The notes under the pieces are model-generated. The model was given only the letters and a program-made list of their open reading frames with translations, ran no database searches and had not been told where the DNA came from. Below are positions 56,376-64,000 of a stretch of DNA of 64,000 nt, piece after piece. This stretch comes from a virus (Duplodnaviria; Caudoviricetes): positions 64,001-128,000 of the IMG/VR virus record IMGVR_UViG_3300025389_000010, one strand, 5' to 3'. The first letter of the stretch is position 1. Every line of letters starts with the position of its first letter. The position numbers and the translations under genes are program-made.

Positions 56376-56657
56376 AGCTTTTAAATAAACTTTAACTGCC
56401 ATATAACAACCACATTTTGTACATCTTTCTTGATCTTTATTAAAGAAAGAGCAAGATTCACAAATTGCTTTTCTTCTTAATGCTTCATCGTCATTTACGT
56501 TTAAAGGATTGCCCTGAATAACACTTTTTACACTATTCATTGCATCTTTTGTTAAATTTACAGCCATTTGTGGCATACTGGGAAAATTAGAATTATTCAC
56601 ATTTTCGTTTTTAGCTTTATTCTCTCTTATAAAATTTCTTAAAAGATTTTTATCCAT
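56349..56657 (-). CDS. Small Cys-rich protein (DUF6171-like)
   Basis: RKAICESC..RCTKCGC...K..LKASKCPVNKW. Confidence 0.7.
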   Translation of the reverse strand: MDKNLLRNFIRENKAKNENVNNSNFPSMPQMAVNLTKDAMNSVKSVIQGNPLNVNDDEALRRKAICESCSFFNKDQERCTKCGCYMAVKVYLKASKCPVNKW

Positions 56658-56661
56658 ATTT

Positions 56662-58512
56662 TTATTTAGTATCTACTTCATCGAATATTTTTGCAAATGC
56701 ATCGATTTTGACCGCTGTTACGTCTGTCAAATATGCTGTATTTTCAAAACGGTGTACAACTTTTGTTATTAACCATTGACCCAAAAATCTATCATCAAAA
56801 GGATTATTTGTACTACTTGAAACTTTATCTATAAAAATAAATTTCCCCGGTGTTCTTAAAGTTAGTCCAATTGCAGTAAAACATAGTGTTTGATTTAAAA
56901 AAACCGCATTAAACATCATGTCTAATAATGGTGCATCAAAAGGTGCAAACTTACCATTAAAACTTGTATGGTTTTTTGTCATTATACCTTTCTGTTTAAC
57001 TTTATTGAAATTTAATAAAACTTGCGGTTTTTGTCTTTTATTATTTTTAAAAGAATAAAGTTTTTCGGCGGTAGATTTTAATTTTTCAATTAAGTTAGAA
57101 AACGTGTTGTTTTTAAAACTAACATTAAATTCTTTTTTTTGAAAATCAAAATAATGCATTGGTGAATTCATTAAAAGATTATCATCTAATGCAGACATTG
57201 GTGAAAACATATAATTGTTTATCCTTGATGCAAGAATAGATGTCATGTTTAAATAAGTTGTTGGTTTTTCAAAAACTGGACCTCTTGGTATATAAGTCAA
57301 AGAAGACTCAATGCCCAAACCATCTTCTATGAAAATTCTTTCAACTTGATTTTTTTCAGCATTATCAAAAATAGATTTTAATGAAACTAATTTCCAAGTT
57401 TTATCTTTTGTTGTTCTTCCATAATTTAACAATACAGGTGTACCATCTTTTCCTTTACAATGTGCTAAAATAAAGTTTAAATCATCTAGACCGTTGTGAT
57501 AAGCAAAAGATGTATGTTTGAATTTGTTTGTTGGATCACCTTGATCCCAATTATTATTGTCATAATTATAAAAAGGAATTGTAGGTTTATCAATTGAACC
57601 GCTGTCAGGATAACCAACTTTTACAACATCACCAACAACCGTTTCTGGACTATTATTTAATTGTGCTCTTATTGCAGTTGCATCATAACTGGTAAAATCA
57701 CCAATTTTATTATTACCTGCTATTTCTAAAAACTTTAAAAGAACTTTATTTGGATTCATTGATGCCTGATCGTCGGTCAATGTATATGGTTTTACTGTTG
57801 CTTTTAACTGTGGGGTTTCTGCATTTATGTCAACTAAAGTGTGTTGTTCCATTTCTTTTGCAGCAAATATTGCAGTTGACCATTCTAAATTTCTTTCATA
57901 TAGAACTTGATGTCTTTCGTCTATAAGTTTATATTTTCTTTTTTTAACTTGATTATTTTCAACTTCTAAATCTTCAATTTCTATTACTACAAAATCATAA
58001 CACATTTCATAATATTCTCTTGGTATTGATGCTTTATTTTGTGTTTTAATATCAGCTTCGTTTTCACTATCAACAGGATATATTTTAATCATTACCCTGT
58101 TTCTACCATCAGTTCTATCGATATATGGTGCCTTTACTCCTTCTTTATTTAAAGCTGACGGTAAAGCTCCTTTTGAAAATATCTCAAAAGGATTGGAAAT
58201 TACAATTTCTCCAGATGTTGACCAAGTTGTTAATGTTTCATTTATTACCAATGAATCAATATTAAAGAAAGGAATTGCTGTAGGTTTTTCGTTTGTAATT
58301 TGATTGTAAAAAATAACTTCAAAATAATAATTTTGATTAACAATTTGTCTTATTGTTCCTTTTTGAACAAGGCTATTTTGCGCAGGTTCTGGTGGTTGAG
58401 TTGGTTGTGTGGTTGGTGTTCCACCAGTAGTTGTGTTTGGCACAGCTTGTGGAGTACCTTGATTGTTTACTACAGGCGTTCCGTCATTTAAGGTTGTTGG
58501 TGCATCCGCCAT
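56662..58512 (-). CDS. Probable baseplate hub protein (gp27-like)
   Basis: C-terminal GLTLRTPGKFIFI..FLGQWLITKVVHRF..YLTDVTAVK. Confidence 0.55.
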   Translation of the reverse strand: MADAPTTLNDGTPVVNNQGTPQAVPNTTTGGTPTTQPTQPPEPAQNSLVQKGTIRQIVNQNYYFEVIFYNQITNEKPTAIPFFNIDSLVINETLTTWSTSGEIVISNPFEIFSKGALPSALNKEGVKAPYIDRTDGRNRVMIKIYPVDSENEADIKTQNKASIPREYYEMCYDFVVIEIEDLEVENNQVKKRKYKLIDERHQVLYERNLEWSTAIFAAKEMEQHTLVDINAETPQLKATVKPYTLTDDQASMNPNKVLLKFLEIAGNNKIGDFTSYDATAIRAQLNNSPETVVGDVVKVGYPDSGSIDKPTIPFYNYDNNNWDQGDPTNKFKHTSFAYHNGLDDLNFILAHCKGKDGTPVLLNYGRTTKDKTWKLVSLKSIFDNAEKNQVERIFIEDGLGIESSLTYIPRGPVFEKPTTYLNMTSILASRINNYMFSPMSALDDNLLMNSPMHYFDFQKKEFNVSFKNNTFSNLIEKLKSTAEKLYSFKNNKRQKPQVLLNFNKVKQKGIMTKNHTSFNGKFAPFDAPLLDMMFNAVFLNQTLCFTAIGLTLRTPGKFIFIDKVSSSTNNPFDDRFLGQWLITKVVHRFENTAYLTDVTAVKIDAFAKIFDEVDTK

Positions 58513-58516
58513 ATTA

Positions 58517-59122
58517 TTAACAATTTATTTGGTCAACATTTTTTAGCAATTCAACATTAAGCTGATTGAAAACAAATGTTACCGAAGATGTTATTTCTGC
58601 TGGTTCTTGGTTTGAAAAATTTATTTCACTTAAATTTGTAGGAAAAGCATGGTTGTATTCAAAAGATATAACTTTATTATTGTATTCATCTAAACCATAA
58701 ATTGTAAAAGTAGAAGTAAATTTTGCCATTGGATTAATCAAACTCGGATCATTTCTAGAAAAACTAGCATCAATTGAATTCGTTAACAATGTTCCAGATT
58801 TTTTAGCATCATTAAATAAATTCAACCATTTCCAAATTGTATAATAATTTTTATATCCATTATCTATTAAAAATTTTATATTTAATGGGTCATAAGCAGG
58901 ACGAGATAAAGATGATGCTTTATAAACCTGACCACCATATGGTAAATCAATAGCAGGAACATTTATCTGAGGAACAGGTGAACCGTAAATTGAAAATTGA
59001 AGAGTATCAACTTTGAAATTTTCATTCAAAGTCGAATCATATTGTTGTTTTAAAATTTGAGGTAAATTTAAAACAAGAATAAACTTATCACTTCTAGCCC
59101 TATTTAATGCTGATTGATACAT
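58517..59122 (-). CDS. Tail tube-fold tail completion protein (gp3-like)
   Basis: VPQINVP, YDPLNIKFLID..YKNY..IWKWL, AFPTNLSEINF, VTFVF. Confidence 0.7.
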   Translation of the reverse strand: MYQSALNRARSDKFILVLNLPQILKQQYDSTLNENFKVDTLQFSIYGSPVPQINVPAIDLPYGGQVYKASSLSRPAYDPLNIKFLIDNGYKNYYTIWKWLNLFNDAKKSGTLLTNSIDASFSRNDPSLINPMAKFTSTFTIYGLDEYNNKVISFEYNHAFPTNLSEINFSNQEPAEITSSVTFVFNQLNVELLKNVDQINC

Positions 59123-59126
59123 ATAT

Positions 59127-60983
59127 TTAAAACATTATTGGAAAAAAGTTATCTCCATTTAATAACTTATCGTTATTTTCTTGATTAGGATCAGGTTTTA
59201 TTGATTTATCGCCCCAATTTAAAAGCCAAACCATTAAATCAGCCATTTCTTCCTGATGAGATATGGGTTTTTCAGTATCAACTCTTCCAACATGAGTATA
59301 AGTCTTTAAAGTTGAAGGTGTTCTTTTATATTGAGTGACTTGACCACTAAAAAGAGGACTTCTTCTTAATAAATCTGAGTTATCAGAAAGTGGAATAAGT
59401 TTTAATGGTCTGCCTTGATCATCAACATCCATTACTGTATAGTATCTACTAGCAATTGATGGTTCTAATATAAAAAGTGCCCAAATCAAAGATAGAACAC
59501 GATCATCCAAATCATTTTCTGTTCTCTTACTGAAAGTAAAATTTGGATTTTTAACAAAGTTACTTAATTCCAAAAGAGTATCCATGTCATATAACCTGAC
59601 AGCATTTAAACTATTAACCCAATATCTGAAATTACTAACGCCTTTGTATCTAGTGTTTGTGTGATTATGAATACCAAATCGATTTTCATTGTTATAATGT
59701 TTACTGAACCCTTCAAAATGATAAGAAATTACCGATTCATAATTATGAATATGACAAAGAACGTCTAAAACTTGTTGTCCGTTGTTATTATTTTCAACTA
59801 GAATGGGAGGTCTACCCCAATCTTCTAAAATACCCATGAGTCTCGTTCCAAAATGATAAGGATCTAGTTTATTTGTTGCATAAATCGCACTTTGTTTAAT
59901 GTTTGTTAAGTCAGATATATCTAAAATTTGAGCAACCGTGTTTGTTCTTCCGATACCCTCACCAACATCAACGCCTATTGCATAAAAAGCATCAGGATTT
60001 GGCTGTTCATATATTTTATAAGCACCGTCATCTATTACCAAAACAGGTTCTTTTGATTGTGCTTTTAGTTTTTCAAGAAGCTCAGGATCAATTGCAGTTT
60101 TGCCCGGTTGATGGAAAACGCAACCATATTCTTGATCAAAGTCATCTTTTGATCCCATCCTTTGTATTTCATCTTCTTTCCATTTCTCATCTCTTCCCGG
60201 CACATCCCACCAGTTTACAACTTCCAAATGCCATTCTGATTTTGGCTTTTGAGACATCTGATAAAGATCGTAAAACTTATTTTCAGTTCCGTTTGGTGTA
60301 CTAATGACCACAACTTGTGATTTCTTCATTGAAGAAATAATAGGAAGTGCAGATTTCCAAAGTTCTTTCATCAATTCATTTGGACAGTGTGCCATTTCGT
60401 CGATGATCAGAAGATTACTTGTAGTACCACGAGGACCACTTGATGATGTTGTGCTGACCGTTATGGCAGAATCATTTGATAATTGAAAACCATCCTTTCT
60501 CCATGACTTAACACTGGGTTTTAACCACACAGGAAGCTGTTCAAACGCCATTTTAATACGTGCAAATATTTCTTTTGCCGTCTCTTGTTTGTTTGCAACA
60601 ATGGTTATTCTTTTATCGGTTTGAAAACACACTATCCATAAAGCATAAATTGTTATAGTGGTGGTCTTACCGCTCTGTCTTGAGCTAAGAACAACATTGA
60701 ATCTATTGTTTTTAAAAGCTTTAAGTAATGTTTTTTGATACTTGTACAGATTTATTTTCTTTTTGCCATCTTCTGTGGTAATATAGAAATAATTCTCAGC
60801 AAAATGCAATACGCTTTTGATGCACAATTTAAGTTGCTCCCTCATTTCAAGAGTCCACTTCATTTGAGCATCACCTCTTAACAGATTTTCATTACCTTTA
60901 TAAAAATCACCATCAACAACAATGTCTTCTGGTGCCAAATCTATAAAATCATCACTATCTTGGATTTTTTTCTTTCTTCCCAT
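59127..60983 (-). CDS. gp17: Terminase large subunit
   Basis: SRQSGKTT, IIDEMAH, ISTPNG, FDQEY, GVDVGEG, DDRVLSL. Confidence 0.96.
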   Translation of the reverse strand: MGRKKKIQDSDDFIDLAPEDIVVDGDFYKGNENLLRGDAQMKWTLEMREQLKLCIKSVLHFAENYFYITTEDGKKKINLYKYQKTLLKAFKNNRFNVVLSSRQSGKTTTITIYALWIVCFQTDKRITIVANKQETAKEIFARIKMAFEQLPVWLKPSVKSWRKDGFQLSNDSAITVSTTSSSGPRGTTSNLLIIDEMAHCPNELMKELWKSALPIISSMKKSQVVVISTPNGTENKFYDLYQMSQKPKSEWHLEVVNWWDVPGRDEKWKEDEIQRMGSKDDFDQEYGCVFHQPGKTAIDPELLEKLKAQSKEPVLVIDDGAYKIYEQPNPDAFYAIGVDVGEGIGRTNTVAQILDISDLTNIKQSAIYATNKLDPYHFGTRLMGILEDWGRPPILVENNNNGQQVLDVLCHIHNYESVISYHFEGFSKHYNNENRFGIHNHTNTRYKGVSNFRYWVNSLNAVRLYDMDTLLELSNFVKNPNFTFSKRTENDLDDRVLSLIWALFILEPSIASRYYTVMDVDDQGRPLKLIPLSDNSDLLRRSPLFSGQVTQYKRTPSTLKTYTHVGRVDTEKPISHQEEMADLMVWLLNWGDKSIKPDPNQENNDKLLNGDNFFPIMF

Positions 60984-60984
60984 C

Positions 60985-60998
60985 TATAAATATTTATA
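60985..60998. promoter_or_regulatory. Palindromic back-to-back late promoters TATAAATATTTATA
   Basis: TATAAATA on both strands between the divergent terminase and 61004 genes. Confidence 0.7.
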
Positions 60999-61003
60999 AT
61001 CAT

Positions 61004-61399
61004 ATGGCTAAAATGCCTCTAATAAACGAAGAAATAGCTGCTTTGTTCAATAAAAAAGATAAAATTTTACCTTTTACAAGTGAAAAATGGCCTATTTATG
61101 AATTAAATTTAAAACTAAAAAAAGGATTATGGGATAATTTTTCAAAAAAATTAAAAGAATTAAAAGAAAAAAATATTTTAGAACAATTAGACGATGAAAT
61201 TATAAATGAATTTTATTATCGAAACCCTGACATTGAATTTGAAACAATATTCAATGATGATGTTTTTTCAAAAAACTATTTATTTAAAATAGATAATAAA
61301 GTTTATGCTTACGGAATAGGAAAAAAAAGCAAAAGAAGTAAAAACATATACTATGTTCGTTTTTACTTTAACTTAGTGGAATTTTTTAAATTTAATTAA
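61004..61399 (+). CDS. Hypothetical protein
   Basis: 131-aa ORF after a late box. Confidence 0.5.
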   Translation: MAKMPLINEEIAALFNKKDKILPFTSEKWPIYELNLKLKKGLWDNFSKKLKELKEKNILEQLDDEIINEFYYRNPDIEFETIFNDDVFSKNYLFKIDNKVYAYGIGKKSKRSKNIYYVRFYFNLVEFFKFN

Positions 61400-61755
61400 T
61401 TTGAAACCTGACGATTTAATTCCGTAATTATCGCCCACACATATTCTGGTCTTAATAATTTTATTATTGTTCCGGGTTCTGGCATTTTTGTAGCATCTTG
61501 AATTCTGTTATATTCACAAACCAACCACCATAAATCTATCGTATTGTAATACTTGTAAGAAATAAAATACCAAGTATCATGTTGATTAACAATATACTTG
61601 TCTTCGGCAGAACTGTCATCTGCACTAAAAATATTTATCGATCTTAAAAGATTATAAAATTTTGTACTATCCGATTCCTTATAAATATTGAAAAAGTTTT
61701 CATATCTATATATCGAAAGAGTTGGTAAATCTGAAAAATTATATTGAGTGTTCAT
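61396..61755 (-). CDS. Baseplate wedge gp53-like LysM-type protein
   Basis: YIV..HDTWYFISYKYYNTIDLWWLVCEYN..PGTIIKL. Confidence 0.75.
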   Translation of the reverse strand: MNTQYNFSDLPTLSIYRYENFFNIYKESDSTKFYNLLRSINIFSADDSSAEDKYIVNQHDTWYFISYKYYNTIDLWWLVCEYNRIQDATKMPEPGTIIKLLRPEYVWAIITELNRQVSN

Positions 61756-61758
61756 ATA

Positions 61759-62886
61759 TTATCCTGTTCCTGCTTCTATTGCTGCACTACCACCAGTTTC
61801 ATTATTTACTTCTTGTCTTATTTGTTGTGCATTTTGATAAGCTTGTGCATATCTAACTTTATCACTTATATAAGAACCAGTACTATCTATACCGGCTTTA
61901 ATTTCTGATGATAATCCTTCTACGACATTAACCTTTGGTCCACCAATAGTACCTGCAAATATATTTGAACTTTGGGAAACAAGATCAGTAAATGTTATAG
62001 ACACTTTATAAGCTTCTGGTATTAATATTTCACTAGATGAACCCATACCAGACATTCTTCTCGTTGTGCCAATACTATCTACTTTAAAACTTTGGACGTA
62101 AGCAGCTGCCATATAAATGCCTCCTAAAAAATTAGTATCTATTGTATAAATTTTAGGAGGAATAAAAGTCATCAATGACGTTCTTGTTTTTAAATTTTGA
62201 AAAGCAAATAAATTTACAAAAGCAAAATGTTTAAATGCATCTGCTGTTGTTTTTGTGTTATAAAGAGGAAAAGAAATTGTCACAGATTGAGTTGATGTAG
62301 AACCAAATTGATATGTTTCTTCAAAACCAAATCCCGGTGTTAATGCGCCAACACCAGCACCAACACCAGCAGCTACTATGTCACCAAAAGCACCTAATGT
62401 ACTTGTGCCTTTACCAGCCATTGATGTAAGCGCATCACCAATGCCGCTTGCTTTTACCCAAGAATTTTCAATATTTTTTATACTATCTCCATTTGATAAT
62501 AAATAAGGAAATCTATAACTAAAATTAGTAGGAGAACCGGCATAAAGTTTTAAAAATGAGTCAATTGATAATGTTGTTGTAACATTTTTAAGTTGATCAT
62601 AAATTTGAGCTAAATTAACTGTCCATGTTCCATAATCTAATTGAAATTCTTTTAAATTTACATAAGGAACTTCATCCAAATCTCCTCTATTTGACCAACA
62701 CATATCACCGAAAACATCTACAACCGCTTTACCACCCTTTGGTACTAATTTTGGATATAAACTACCAAATGCACCGATACCCAAAACATTTTGCAATTGA
62801 TCATTTTCAACTGTAAAATATGGATTATTTATCAAAGATGCCATTTGAAAGGCGGTATCTTGTTTTATTGGTGAAAGAGGAGGCAT
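61759..62886 (-). CDS. Baseplate tail-tube cap-like protein (gp48-like)
   Basis: VTISFPLYN, FIPPKIYTI, AYVQSFKVD, IPEAYKVSITFTDL. Confidence 0.5.
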   Translation of the reverse strand: MPPLSPIKQDTAFQMASLINNPYFTVENDQLQNVLGIGAFGSLYPKLVPKGGKAVVDVFGDMCWSNRGDLDEVPYVNLKEFQLDYGTWTVNLAQIYDQLKNVTTTLSIDSFLKLYAGSPTNFSYRFPYLLSNGDSIKNIENSWVKASGIGDALTSMAGKGTSTLGAFGDIVAAGVGAGVGALTPGFGFEETYQFGSTSTQSVTISFPLYNTKTTADAFKHFAFVNLFAFQNLKTRTSLMTFIPPKIYTIDTNFLGGIYMAAAYVQSFKVDSIGTTRRMSGMGSSSEILIPEAYKVSITFTDLVSQSSNIFAGTIGGPKVNVVEGLSSEIKAGIDSTGSYISDKVRYAQAYQNAQQIRQEVNNETGGSAAIEAGTG

Positions 62887-62899
62887 GTTATATTAATAT

Positions 62900-64000
62900 T
62901 TATGCGTATGATGTCGCTCTTCTTTTTTCTAAAAGATACAATGTATTTTCTCTATGTGCTGTAACAGGATTATACCCATATGGTGATTTATTACCACCGG
63001 CTAAAGCGGTACCTCCGCCACCACTGACATTTACATTATTGACAGTTGCGCCAATATTATCGATTATGTTCTTACTTAAATCTTTTATTGAAAAATGAAC
63101 ATCTCGTAAAACATTTATCATCATTTTTTGATTTTTATCAAATACACCATCGGGTTTTATACCATAAAGTTCATCAGTTGGTGCTGACGTATATGTAGTT
63201 TTATTTTTATTATCAATTATTTTAAAATCATTAACGGGTGTAACAGAATTTTCCGTTTGTGTTTTATTGACAGGATTATCTTTATTTGGCTGGTCATCAA
63301 TATGTGGATGTATAGATGGATCTCTATATATTTTTAATTGTTCAGTTGCTGCATTTAGTGCATCCAAGAAATCTTTTTCTTCATCAATTTTTTTTGATCT
63401 TTCTTTCATAAATGAAGTATAAGCCTTATTATAATCTCTACTTGCCGAAAAACTTGATGGTTTACCCCATTTATTTAATTTATGAAGATCAAAACCATAT
63501 TGTCTCAACATATTTTCATCAAACCCTTTAGTTTCCCATGATTTGGCTTCATCATATTGTTGTTTTAAAAGTTTAACTTTATTTTCCAAATCCATATCAG
63601 TTTTTTTATCAAAAACTTCTTTAATTGGTATATTATTACTATTAATAGTTTTTATGGTTCTCTGTGCATCATTCATTCCCCTATCCGGTGACAAAATTTC
63701 ATTACCGCCCATATCAACACCCATTGCTTCGGCTATATCCTTCTGAAAACTTTCAGGAAACCAACTTATAACAGTTTTACATATTCTTTTTCTTAATTTT
63801 TCCATTATTGATAATTTGGAAATTTGATTACTGTTATTTACATTTTCATCACTATCTAAAAATCCTAAAAATATAGAAGGAAATAAACCAAATATTGGCA
63901 ATTTTGTCATTTGCTCTAGTCCTCTTTTTATTTCGTTATCATCCCCATTATATAAACCAAAAGCAAAAGTTTTTAAACCAACAAAACTTTCTATTAGTCC
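62900..64000 (-). CDS. C-terminal part of a tape-measure/gp29-like protein (5' partial)
   Basis: Frame stays open from 63910 to the window edge (GLIESFVGLKTFAFG...); ends in a NNVNVSGGGG-type tail next to baseplate genes. Confidence 0.45.
   Translation of the reverse strand, partial: GLIESFVGLKTFAFGLYNGDDNEIKRGLEQMTKLPIFGLFPSIFLGFLDSDENVNNSNQISKLSIMEKLRKRICKTVISWFPESFQKDIAEAMGVDMGGNEILSPDRGMNDAQRTIKTINSNNIPIKEVFDKKTDMDLENKVKLLKQQYDEAKSWETKGFDENMLRQYGFDLHKLNKWGKPSSFSASRDYNKAYTSFMKERSKKIDEEKDFLDALNAATEQLKIYRDPSIHPHIDDQPNKDNPVNKTQTENSVTPVNDFKIIDNKNKTTYTSAPTDELYGIKPDGVFDKNQKMMINVLRDVHFSIKDLSKNIIDNIGATVNNVNVSGGGGTALAGGNKSPYGYNPVTAHRENTLYLLEKRRATSYA

Noticed and set aside
1-64000. CRISPR array, tRNA or rRNA genes
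   Set aside because: No regularly spaced repeat-spacer units or cloverleaf-like sequences seen; intergenic gaps are very short. tRNAscan was not run
1-64000. Stop-codon reassignment as seen in some jumbo phages
   Set aside because: Core genes are full length in the standard code, and TGA/TAG terminate genes at sensible junctions

Overview
AT-rich, densely coded 64 kb segment of a large T4-like (myovirus, probably jumbo) bacteriophage, read in the standard genetic code. The T4 core is recognisable but rearranged. Structural genes: portal gp20, gp15, gp3-like, terminase gp17 and baseplate genes. Replication and recombination genes: primase gp61, helicase gp41, SSB gp32, polymerase gp43, clamp gp45-like, loader gp62-like, UvsX/Y/W and gp46/47. 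Late sigma gp55, ThyX, a dNMP kinase and GroES are also present. Accessory content: a heme oxygenase plus ferredoxin-dependent bilin reductase pair; nine glycosyltransferase-like genes, a sulfotransferase and a methyltransferase; a Thr/Pro mucin-like protein; and a lysis module with a candidate unimolecular spanin. The most striking feature is a split and duplicated baseplate gp5. Two tandem gp5 OB-fold paralogs share a near-identical frame, and each carries a different enzyme inserted within it: an RlpA-like double-psi barrel in one and a circularly permuted SGNH esterase in the other. The beta-helix spike is a separate gene. Non-structural genes carry TTGnnn-N16-TAnnnT promoters that usually end only 5-10 nt before the ATG, and late genes carry TAARTA boxes, suggesting near-leaderless translation. 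All assignments come from motif recognition by eye; no searches were run.
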